Shown here: piece by piece, positions 51,092 through 59,457 of the stretch
How the letters are laid out: the number at the start of each line of letters is the position of its first letter
Position numbering within the stretch: the first letter of the stretch is position 1
Assembly: GCA_963731055.1 (NCBI GenBank)
Contig: CAVSUD010000014.1
Coordinates: 33,575 to 97,574 of the forward strand
Reading direction: 5' to 3'
DNA length: 64,000 nt
Origin: an uncultured Actinomycetes bacterium
GTDB lineage: Bacteria; Actinomycetota; Acidimicrobiia; Acidimicrobiales; CADCTF01
Notes under the pieces: generated by a model
Databases searched by the model: none
Told to the model about the DNA's origin: nothing
Seen by the model: the letters and a program-made list of their open reading frames with translations, nothing else
Program-made: the position numbers and the translations under genes

Positions 51092-51811
51092 CGAGCTCGC
51101 GGCGAGCACCGACAGGCCCGACGACTCCCGCTGGAACCCGACCCGCTCGTAGAGCGCCAGGGCCCGCGTGTCGGCCAGCTGGGTGTTGACCATGGCCCGC
51201 TCGGCCCGCCACCGGCGCAGCCAGCGCAGCGCGTCGGCCACCAGGAACGTGCCGAGCCCCTGGCGCTGGGCGTTGGGGTGCACGGCCAGCCGCTGCAGGT
51301 ACCCCCGCCGGCCGGCCCGCCCCGTTATGGCATAGCCGATCACGGTCTCGTCGTCGTCGGCCATCGCCACCCGGAACCGGGTGTGGGGCGTGGCGGCCAC
51401 GGCCTCGTCGAGCCCGGCGTCGTCGAGGCGCCAGAAGGTGTCGAAGGCGAGGTGGTCGAGCGCCAGCACGCTCGTGCGGTCGCGTCGGCTGCTGCGGCGG
51501 AGGAGCCCGTCGGGGGGATCGGCGGACGGGAGCGAGCGCAGGTCGTGGGACAGCAGGTGGAGGTGCTCGCTGACGACGAACCCGGCGGCGCGGAAGGCGC
51601 GCTGCTCCGACGGCGAGAGGGCGCCGGTGACGACCCGGCCGTAGCCCTGACGGGTGAGCGTCTGGAGGCAGCGGCCCACGAAGTCGATGGAAGGCAGGGG
51701 GGCGCCGGGCACCGGGTTGAGGTACGCCGTCCCGGGGTCGCCGCGCCACGGGCCGACGCGCAGCCGCTCCCGTCCCGATTCCATCACCGTCGTCGTGCTC
51801 GTCACGCTCAC
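51084..51811 (-). CDS. GNAT-family N-acetyltransferase (stop codon apparently lost by a frame slip near 51105)
   Basis: 'IGYAITGRAGRRGYLQRLAVHPNAQRQGLGTFLVADALRWL' is the acetyl-CoA-binding motif A (Q/RxxGxG/A). As written, the frame runs on into the next gene. The alternative frame ends 'RELDG*' at 51084. Confidence 0.7.
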
Positions 51812-51873
51812 GTCGCGCCAGAGGTTACGACGCGCTGCTCAACCCCGGCGGCGCGCGCTCCGATGCTCCACAC

Positions 51874-52955
51874 ATGCTGGATCTCAACGAGCTGCTCCGC
51901 TACACGGTGGAGCAGCGGGGTTCCGACCTGCACGTGAAGGTGGGGTCGACCCCGTTCGTCCGCGTCGACGGGCACCTCCTGCCGGCGCCGTTCCCCTTCG
52001 TGCAGCCCGCGGACACCGAGCGCATGGCGTTCTCGATCCTGCCCAAGGACCGCGCCGACGAGTTCGACGTCGGCAGCGAGGCCGACTTCGCCCACAGCGT
52101 CTCGGGCCTCGGCCGCTTCCGGGTCAACGTGTTCCGCCAGCGGGGCTCGATCGGCCTCGTCTTCCGGCGGGTCCTGCCGGGCACGCCGTCCTTCGAGTCC
52201 CTCGGCCTCCCGCCGGTCGTGCGGCGGCTGGCCGAGGAGCCCCGGGGCTGGTGCTCGTCACCGGTCCGACCGGCTCGGGCAAGACGACGACCGTCGCCGC
52301 GATGATCGACCACATCAACGAGACCCAGGCCGTCAACATCGTGACGATCGAGGACCCGATCGAGGTGCTCCACCCCGACAAGAAGTCGCTCGTCAACCAG
52401 CGCGAGATCGGCACCGACACCGCCGACTACGCCTCGGCCATGCGCCGGGTGCTCCGCCAGGACCCCGACGTGATCTTCATCGGCGAGATGCGCGACCCCG
52501 AGACGGTGTGGGCCGCGCTGGCGGCGGCCGAGACCGGCCACCTCGTCCTCTCCACGCTGCACACGACGAACGCCACCGAGACGGTCAACCGGATCGTCGA
52601 CTTCTTCCCGCCCCACCAGCAGAAGCAGGTCCGGCTCACGCTGGCCGCCTCGCTGCGGGGCATCGTCACCCAGCGGCTGCTCGAGCGGGCCGACGGGACG
52701 GGCCGGATCCCGGCCGTCGAGGTCCTCGTGATGACCGGACGCGTCTTCGACCGGATCATCGACCCCGAGCAGTCGAACGGGATCGAGGAGATCATCGCCG
52801 AGGGCGAGTACTACGGCATGCAGACCTTCGACCAGAGCCTGTTCAACCTCTACAAGAACGGCCTGGTCGCCCTCCGCGACGCCCTCTCCGTCTGCTCCCA
52901 CCCCCACGACTTCCGCCTGCTGCTCCAACAGGAGGGCCTCGCCACCACGTTCTGA
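51874..52955 (+). pseudogene. pilT: type IV pilus retraction ATPase PilT, one frame break near 52240
   Basis: 'MLDLNELLRYTVEQRGSDLHVKVGSTPFVRVDG' is in ORF 51874..52305. 'GLVLVTGPTGSGKTTT..IVTIEDPIE..REIG.D..ALRQDPDVIFIGEMRD..AAETGHLVLSTLHT' is in ORF 51654..52955. Confidence 0.85.
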
Positions 52956-53020
52956 CGGACCCGCGCGGCGGTGCCGCCGGGATTGGTCGCCGGGGGTGCC
53001 CCCGCTACCCTGGCTCCCCC

Positions 53021-54439
53021 GTGGTTCCCGAGCGTCTCCAGCCCCTCGTCGAGGAGACCCGACCCCTGGCCGAGCGGTTCGCAGCGGCCGGCTTCCGGCT
53101 CTACCTCGTCGGCGGCGTGGTCCGCGACGCGATCCTCGATCGGCTGGGCGACGGCAACGACCTCGACTTCACGACCGACGCGCCGCCCGACGACATCGAG
53201 CGGATCCTCAAGCCGTGGGCCGACGCCGTGTGGCTGCAGGGCAAGCGGTTCGGCACGATCGGCGCCAAGAAGGGAGAGCGGACCTACGAGGTCACCACCC
53301 ATCGCGCCGAGGCCTACACGCCGGACTCGCGCAAGCCCGACGTCCGGTTCAGCCAGTCCATCGAGGCCGATCTGTCCCGCCGGGACTTCACCGTGAACGC
53401 CATGGCCCTGCGCCTCGACGGCGACCTCGAACTGGTCGATCCGCACGGGGGTGTCGTCGACCTTGCCGCCGGTCGGCTGCGCACGCCGCTCTCACCCGAG
53501 GAGTCGTTCACCGACGATCCGCTGCGCATGCTCCGGGCGGCCCGGTTCCTCAGCGGTTACGCCCTGGCGCCGGACGACGACCTGGTCGACGCCGTGAAGC
53601 GGCTCCACGGTCGCCTCGAGATCGTGTCGGCCGAGCGCATCCGTGACGAGCTCGACAAGCTCATGGTGGTCGACGACCCGTCGCCCGGGCTCTGGTTCCT
53701 CATCGACACCGGACTGGCCGACGAGTTCCTCCCCGAGCTGCCCGCCCTCGGCCTCGAGCAGGACCCGATCCACCGTCACAAGGACGTGCTGGCGCACACG
53801 ATCGCCGTGGTCGAGAAGACGTCGGCCGACCGGATCCTCCGCCTCGCCGCGCTGTTCCACGACGTCGGCAAGCCGAAGACCCGTTCCATCGGTCCGGGCG
53901 GCGTGTCGTTCCACCACCACGAGGTGGTCGGCGCCCGCATCACCCGCGACCGGATGCGGGCCCTGCGCTACCCGATCGAGGACATCGAGGCGGTGACCAG
54001 GCTGGTCGAGCTCCACCTGCGCTTCCACACCTACAAGATGGGATGGACCGACAGCGCCGTGCGTCGCTACGTGCGCGACGCCGGCCCGCTGCTCGATCGG
54101 CTCAACGAGCTCACCCGCTGCGACTGCACGACGCGCAACCGGCGGCGGGCCGAGGAGCTCTCGCGGCGGATGGACTCGCTGATCGTCCGCATCGCCCAGC
54201 TGCGCGAGCAGGAGGAGCTCGACTCGATCCGTCCCGATCTCGACGGCCGGGCCGTGATGGACCTCCTCGACGTCCCCGCCGGGCCCGTCATCGGTCGGGC
54301 CCTCGGCTTCCTCCTGGAGCTCCGCATGGAGGAGGGCCCGCTCGAGCGCGACGAGGCCGAACGCCGCCTCCGCGAGTGGTGGGTGTCGCGGGCCCGGGAC
54401 GACGTGACGGAGGCCGGGAGGCGTACCGTCGACCCATGA
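53021..54439 (+). CDS. cca: CCA tRNA nucleotidyltransferase / poly(A) polymerase family with HD domain
   Basis: GTG at 53021 in the frame of ORF 52508..54439. 'LYLVGGVVRDAILDRLGDGNDLDFTT..RRDFTVNAMA..DPLRMLRAARF..HRHKDVLAHT..LFHDVGKP'. Confidence 0.85.
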   Translation: MVPERLQPLVEETRPLAERFAAAGFRLYLVGGVVRDAILDRLGDGNDLDFTTDAPPDDIERILKPWADAVWLQGKRFGTIGAKKGERTYEVTTHRAEAYTPDSRKPDVRFSQSIEADLSRRDFTVNAMALRLDGDLELVDPHGGVVDLAAGRLRTPLSPEESFTDDPLRMLRAARFLSGYALAPDDDLVDAVKRLHGRLEIVSAERIRDELDKLMVVDDPSPGLWFLIDTGLADEFLPELPALGLEQDPIHRHKDVLAHTIAVVEKTSADRILRLAALFHDVGKPKTRSIGPGGVSFHHHEVVGARITRDRMRALRYPIEDIEAVTRLVELHLRFHTYKMGWTDSAVRRYVRDAGPLLDRLNELTRCDCTTRNRRRAEELSRRMDSLIVRIAQLREQEELDSIRPDLDGRAVMDLLDVPAGPVIGRALGFLLELRMEEGPLERDEAERRLREWWVSRARDDVTEAGRRTVDP

Positions 54440-54882
54440 GCGAGAACCTCGAGCGAGCCAGAAAGCACCGGGCGGGGTTGCGGGCGGCGATCGGCCAGGT
54501 CGAGCGGTCGCTCTCCACCGCAGCCCACGGACGGGTGGCCGCCTGGTCGAGCGACCTCCGTCAAGAGCTCACCAACCTCTCCGACGCCCTCGACTCCCAC
54601 ATCGAGCTCACCGAGGGCGACGACGGATTGCTCGCCGACATCGCCCAGTCGACGCCGCGTCTCGTCCACCGCGTCCAACGCGCCCGGGAGGACCACGTCG
54701 TCCTCCGCGCGGCCGTCGCCCGCGCCGTCGAGGGCCTCCCGCCGGGGGACGGCGGCGACGCCGGCGTCGCCCCGGCACGCGATCGCGTCGTCGAGTTGCT
54801 CACCGCCCTCGTCCACCATCGCCACCTCGGCGCCGACCTCGTCTACGAGGCCTACAACGTGGACATCGAGGCGTCCGACTGA
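54436..54882 (+). CDS. hypothetical helical protein, translationally coupled to cca
   Basis: The ATG at 54436 overlaps the cca stop (ATGA). 148 aa, predicted all-helical, with several conserved-looking His/Glu ('HIELTEG', 'HHRHLGADLVYEA'). Hemerythrin-like is only a guess. Confidence 0.45.
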   Translation: MSENLERARKHRAGLRAAIGQVERSLSTAAHGRVAAWSSDLRQELTNLSDALDSHIELTEGDDGLLADIAQSTPRLVHRVQRAREDHVVLRAAVARAVEGLPPGDGGDAGVAPARDRVVELLTALVHHRHLGADLVYEAYNVDIEASD

Positions 54883-54904
54883 CCTCGCGTGGTAGCCAAC
54901 CGGG

Positions 54905-55789
54905 ATGCGATTCGGACTGGTCCTGGGGGGCGGCGGCGTGGTGGGCATCGCCTGGGAGATCGGAGTGCTGGCCGGTCTGGAACGGGCCGGGGTGTTCGAT
55001 CCCGCCGCCGTCGACGCGTTCGTCGGCACGTCCGCAGGGTCGGTCGTCGGCTCCCGGCTCGCGCTCGGTCACGCCATCGAGTCCCTCGTGGAGGAGCAGG
55101 GCCGGCCGGCGCCGGCGGCCGCGGCGTCGACCGGCGACGCCGCGCCCAGGGCCGACATGCGCGTCGTGATGGAGATCTTCGGTGAGCTCCGCAAGGCCGA
55201 GGCGGTGACGCCCGAGGTGACGCGCGTGGTGGGGCAGAAGGCGATGGCGGCCACCACGCCGTCCGAGGCGAAGTGGGTCGAGAGCTTCGAGACCACCCTC
55301 GGCGGGGCGGACTGGCCGGCCGGGCGCGACCTGCGGGTCGTGGCCCTCGACTGCCACAGCGGCGAGCGCCGCGTGTGGACCGCCGCCGACGCCGCCATCG
55401 CTCCGCTGCCGAGGGCCGTCGCCTCGTCGTGCGCCGTGCCCGGCATGTTCCCGACCGTGGGCATCGGCGAGAGCCGCTACACCGACGGGGGCGTGTGGTC
55501 CGGCAGCAACGCCGACGTGCTCGTCGGCGACGGCTTCGATGCCGTCGTGTTCATCGGGCCGATGGGGGCCCAGCCGGTCGAGCCCGGTCGCCGGGCCGCC
55601 GTCGACGTCGAGGCCGACCGGCTCGTGGCGTCCGGCGCCCGGTTCCTCAAGGTCGGCCCCGGCGAGCGGTTCGCCACCGAGATCGGCCTGATGAACCTCA
55701 TGAACCCGGCCCAGCGCCAGCTGGGCGTCGAGATCGGCATCGCCGACGGCACCGCCGCCGCCGCCGAGGTCGCGCAGCTGCTGGCGTAG
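54905..55789 (+). CDS. patatin-like phospholipase
   Basis: 294-aa ORF. It has the oxyanion 'GLVLGGGGVVG', the nucleophile 'GTSAGS' and the catalytic Asp 'YTDGGVWS'. Confidence 0.85.
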   Translation: MRFGLVLGGGGVVGIAWEIGVLAGLERAGVFDPAAVDAFVGTSAGSVVGSRLALGHAIESLVEEQGRPAPAAAASTGDAAPRADMRVVMEIFGELRKAEAVTPEVTRVVGQKAMAATTPSEAKWVESFETTLGGADWPAGRDLRVVALDCHSGERRVWTAADAAIAPLPRAVASSCAVPGMFPTVGIGESRYTDGGVWSGSNADVLVGDGFDAVVFIGPMGAQPVEPGRRAAVDVEADRLVASGARFLKVGPGERFATEIGLMNLMNPAQRQLGVEIGIADGTAAAAEVAQLLA

Positions 55790-55793
55790 CGAG

Positions 55794-56534
55794 CTAGGTG
55801 CCTTCCTTGCGGGCCCGGATGATGAGGGTGCGCGGGACGTAACGGAAGGCCTCCCGCCAGAAGATCGACCGGGGTCCACTGGCCGTTGGCTCCGGCTCGA
55901 TCATCACGTCGATGCGGTAGCCCGAGCGGTTCAGGCCCATGTAGAGGTCGCTGATCGTGTGGTGGTAATCGGTGAACTTGATCCCGTTCCACTCGTAGTC
56001 GATGGGCGACCGGTCGAAGTACGACCGGCGGACGAGGAGCGGCGCATCGAGATCGTCGTCGTCGATCATGTCGTAGGACGGGTGGGGGAGCGAGAAGACC
56101 AGGGCCGCGCCCCGCTTGAGGACGCGATGGACCTGGCGGAACACCCGGTTGAGGTCTTCGACGTACCCGAAGGAGTACGACGAGAAGACGAGATCGATCG
56201 AGTCGGCCCGGACGAACGCGAGGTCGGCCAGGTCGCCGTGGTGCAGCTCGACCTTGACGCCCTCGCGCTCGGTCAGGCGACGGGCGAAGGCGAGCTGTTC
56301 CGCCGAGAAGTCGACGCCGATGGCCACGGCGCCCTGCTTGGCGAAGGCGATCGAGCACTGCGCCCCGCCGCAGCCGAGCTCGAGCACCCGCTTGCCGGCG
56401 AGGTCGCCGAGGAGACGGAGATCGGACTCGTTGGCGATGTCGGGCCCGTAGTGGGCGACGTCGGTCGGCAGGGCCGCGCCCTGTTGGTACGCGCTGGAGT
56501 GGCGGTCCCAGGCGGCGGCGTTGTCGGTCGGCAC
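55794..56534 (-). CDS. class I SAM-dependent methyltransferase
   Basis: GTG at 56534 in the frame of the 1444-aa ORF. 'VLELGCGGAQCSIAFAKQGAVAIGVDFS..DLVFSSYSFGYV..LKRGAALVFS' are the MTase motifs I-III. Confidence 0.8.
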   Translation of the reverse strand: MPTDNAAAWDRHSSAYQQGAALPTDVAHYGPDIANESDLRLLGDLAGKRVLELGCGGAQCSIAFAKQGAVAIGVDFSAEQLAFARRLTEREGVKVELHHGDLADLAFVRADSIDLVFSSYSFGYVEDLNRVFRQVHRVLKRGAALVFSLPHPSYDMIDDDDLDAPLLVRRSYFDRSPIDYEWNGIKFTDYHHTISDLYMGLNRSGYRIDVMIEPEPTASGPRSIFWREAFRYVPRTLIIRARKEGT

Positions 56535-56568
56535 GCCCCAAAGGGTAGGCGGGGCAAGATGTCGCGTC

Positions 56569-57282
56569 GTGCCCGGTATCCGCGCCGTCAGCTTCAACAT
56601 CCTCCACGGCCGGCGGGTCGACGGCACCAGGGTCGTCGACCTCGACCGACTCGGCCGGGTGGCGGCCTCGCTGGCACCCGACCTGCTCGCCCTCCAGGAG
56701 GTCGATTCGGGCGTCCCACGCTCGGGGCGAGCCGACCAGGCGGCCGCCGTCGGCGCGGCCACCGGGCTGGCCCACACCTTCGGGAAGGCGGCGCGCGTCG
56801 GGGGGATCGGGAAGTACGGCAACGCCCTGCTGGCGCGCGGCACGATCACCGAGGTCGAGGTCCGCCCGCTGCCGAGAGCGAAGCGCAGCCACGAGCCCCG
56901 GTGCGTCGTGCTGGCCACGGTCACCCTTCCGGGCGCGGCTCCCGTCGTCGTCGCCGCCACCCACCTGTCGATCCACCGCCCCGAGGTCCACGAGCAGCTC
57001 GCCGCCGTCGTGGCCGCGTTGGTGGAGCGGGCCGCGGGCCGGCCCCACGTCCTGCTCGGCGACCTCAACCTCCGCCCCGACGAGGTTGCGCCCGTGGTGG
57101 AACGGGCCGGTCTGGCGCTCGCCCCCACGGACGAGCCGACGTTCCCCAACCCGGAGCCCCGGATCCGGATCGACCACGTCGCCGTCGGCGGCGGGATCGC
57201 GCTCGGACGAGTCGAGGTGGTGGCGACACCGTCGTCGGACCACTGCGCCCTGGTCGTCGAGCTCGACGTGCCGCCGGCCTGA
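56569..57282 (+). CDS. endonuclease/exonuclease/phosphatase (EEP) family protein
   Basis: In the frame of ORF 56521..57282. 'AVSFNILHG..LLALQEVD..GNALLAR..THLS..LLGDLN..DHVAV..SDHCALV' are the EEP catalytic motifs. The start could instead be the TTG at 56521. Confidence 0.7.
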   Translation: MPGIRAVSFNILHGRRVDGTRVVDLDRLGRVAASLAPDLLALQEVDSGVPRSGRADQAAAVGAATGLAHTFGKAARVGGIGKYGNALLARGTITEVEVRPLPRAKRSHEPRCVVLATVTLPGAAPVVVAATHLSIHRPEVHEQLAAVVAALVERAAGRPHVLLGDLNLRPDEVAPVVERAGLALAPTDEPTFPNPEPRIRIDHVAVGGGIALGRVEVVATPSSDHCALVVELDVPPA

Positions 57283-57335
57283 CGCCGGCCCGGGCGGCGG
57301 CAGGGAAAGCACGGCTGCGGCCCGAATCCCTGGAC

Positions 57336-59405
57336 ATGCGTCTCCGTCGCCGCCTCGCTCTGGTCATCGCTGCGTTGACGACCGTGGCCATGTTCCAGCT
57401 CAGCCCCTTGGCTCGCGCCGCGACGCCGGCGAGCGGGAAGGTGACCGCGCCGGGCGATCGGGTCACGTGGAAGGGCGGCCCGTTCCTGACCCCCAACCCG
57501 GTGAACGACCCTGGCGCCGGCGCCGTCGAGCCCTGTGCCGACGCCGCTGCGCCGGGCTGCGACCGCTACACCGTCACGGTCGCCGACCAGGCCGCCCCGA
57601 GCACCCTCGTCGTCACGGTCACCACGGCCAACGGCACCATCGACGACTACGACCTCTACGTTTTCCAGAACGGCGTCCGGGTCGGCACGTCGGCCGAGGG
57701 CGGCACCCCGCCGGCTGGTGAGTCCGTCGCCATCGGCCTCCCTCGGGGCAGCTACGAGGTGCGGGTGCAGGCCTACGCGGTCACCCCCGGGTCCACCTAC
57801 ACGGGCGAGGCCAGGCTCGCCGCCGGCGGCGCGCGCACGTTCGATGAGGGCGCGCAGGAGTGCCTCGAGCTCGTGCCGGCCAAGGCGGGCGTGGCCGGCG
57901 TCACCGACGACGGCCGTCGGGTCGCGGTCGACGTCACGGTCCTCGTCGACGAAGGCATCCCCGAGGCCCGCGCCCGCGAGGTCATGACCTACGCCCGGAA
58001 GTCGTACGCGCCCCTGGGCATCGATCTGAACGTGACCCGTTACCTGGCCATCGCCGCCCCGAGCGACGGCACGGCCAAGAAGGGAAGCCTCACCGTCGGC
58101 ACGGCCGAGGGCGGGGCCATGAACACCTACGCCAAGAAGGTCATGGGCGGCGTCCGGCCGGCCGACTCCGACGTCGTCTACACGCTCACCAACAAGGACC
58201 TCTACTCCGTCGACGCCACCGCCGAGGGCGGCCGTGACTACGGGCTGCTCGGCTTGGCCGACTGCATCGGGGGCGTGCGGTTCGACAACCGCGCCTTCGC
58301 CGTCGGCGAGCTCGGTGACGACCTCGCCTTCACCGGCCCCGGCGGCACGACCTTCCTCGGCAACGCCGGGTCGAAGACGGCGTCGCACGAGATCGGCCAC
58401 CTGCTCGGCGCCCACCACCACTACTTCGACTGCGTCGAGGGCCTGGCCACGGAGACGACGGACCAGCGGGAGGTCTCGCCGTGCACGATCATGGCGCCCT
58501 TCGTCGACCTGGGAAGCATCAACTTCGGCGTCGCCGACGGCGCCGCCGTCCGGGGCCACTCGCTCGCCTACGCGGCGGGCAACGATGCCGTCGCCGCGGC
58601 GGCCCGCGCCAAGGCGGAGCAGTCGGCGGCGCAGCAGGGGAGCCAGGGGTTCCGGGCCCCCGGCTACGCCCTCCTCGGCGAGGACGGTGGGATCTTCACC
58701 TTCGGCGGGGCGGCGTTCCACGGCTCCACCGGCGACCGGAAGCTGAACCAGCCGGTCGTCGGGATGGCCTGGACGCCCACCGGCGACGGGTACTGGATCG
58801 TGGCGCGCGACGGGGGCATCTTCACCTTCGGCGACGCGACCTTCGAGGGCTCCACCGGCGGGATGCGGCTGAACGCTGCGATCCTCGGCATCGAAGCGAC
58901 GCCGACGGGCAAGGGCTACTGGCTCGTCGCCGCCGACGGGGGCATCTTCACCTTCGGCGACGCCGGGTTCTTCGGGTCGACGGGGGACAAGAAGCTCAAC
59001 GCCCCGGTCGTCGGGCTGGGCACGACGAACTCCGGTCGGGGCTACTGGCTCGTCGCCTCCGACGGCGGCATCTTCACCTTCGGGGACGCCGCGTTCCAGG
59101 GTTCCACCGGGGACCGCAAGCTCAACGAGCCGGTGTTCGACCTGGCCGCCACCGGGAGCGACGCCGGCTACTGGCTCGTGGCCCGCGACGGCGGCGTGTT
59201 CACCTTCGGCGACGCCGGCTTCCACGGTTCGGCCGCGGCCCGGGGCAACCCCCCGGTCATCGGGCTCGACGCCACCCGCAGCAGCGGCGGGTACTGGATC
59301 GCCAACCGTGGCGGCACGGTGACCGCCTTCGGGGACGCGGCGGTGCTCGGCGACCTCCGCGGCCAGCGCCTCAACGCCCCGGTGGTCGGCTTCGCCGCCA
59401 TCTGA
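57336..59405 (+). CDS. secreted metzincin zinc metalloprotease with N-terminal PPC-like domain and C-terminal six-fold repeat
   Basis: ATG at 57336 in the frame of ORF 55959..59405. It has the signal peptide 'RLALVIAALTTVAMFQLSPLARA', 'HEIGHLLGAHH' (HExxHxxGxxH) with the Met-turn 'CTIMAP', and then six ~41-aa repeats. Confidence 0.8.
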   Translation: MRLRRRLALVIAALTTVAMFQLSPLARAATPASGKVTAPGDRVTWKGGPFLTPNPVNDPGAGAVEPCADAAAPGCDRYTVTVADQAAPSTLVVTVTTANGTIDDYDLYVFQNGVRVGTSAEGGTPPAGESVAIGLPRGSYEVRVQAYAVTPGSTYTGEARLAAGGARTFDEGAQECLELVPAKAGVAGVTDDGRRVAVDVTVLVDEGIPEARAREVMTYARKSYAPLGIDLNVTRYLAIAAPSDGTAKKGSLTVGTAEGGAMNTYAKKVMGGVRPADSDVVYTLTNKDLYSVDATAEGGRDYGLLGLADCIGGVRFDNRAFAVGELGDDLAFTGPGGTTFLGNAGSKTASHEIGHLLGAHHHYFDCVEGLATETTDQREVSPCTIMAPFVDLGSINFGVADGAAVRGHSLAYAAGNDAVAAAARAKAEQSAAQQGSQGFRAPGYALLGEDGGIFTFGGAAFHGSTGDRKLNQPVVGMAWTPTGDGYWIVARDGGIFTFGDATFEGSTGGMRLNAAILGIEATPTGKGYWLVAADGGIFTFGDAGFFGSTGDKKLNAPVVGLGTTNSGRGYWLVASDGGIFTFGDAAFQGSTGDRKLNEPVFDLAATGSDAGYWLVARDGGVFTFGDAGFHGSAAARGNPPVIGLDATRSSGGYWIANRGGTVTAFGDAAVLGDLRGQRLNAPVVGFAAI
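58662..59402 (+). repeat. six tandem ~123-126-bp coding repeats (GYWLVAxDGGIFTFGDAxFxGSTG units; beta-propeller-like)
   Basis: The repeat units begin 'GYALLGEDGGIFTFGGAAFHGSTG', 'GYWIVARDGGIFTFGDATFEGSTG', 'GYWLVAADGGIFTFGDAGFFGSTG', 'GYWLVASDGGIFTFGDAAFQGSTG', 'GYWLVARDGGVFTFGDAGFHGSAA' and 'GYWIANRGGTVTAFGDAAVLGDL'. Confidence 0.85.
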
Positions 59406-59457
59406 GGAGGCGCCCCGGCGGCAGGAGTCGGCGCCACCGGTGGCGAACCCTTGGGGT

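Noticed and set aside
58662-59402. Regular ~125-bp tandem repeats as a possible CRISPR or other non-coding array
   Set aside because: The repeats are in frame within a protease CDS, diverge mainly at synonymous or loop positions, and have no spacer-like unique inserts.
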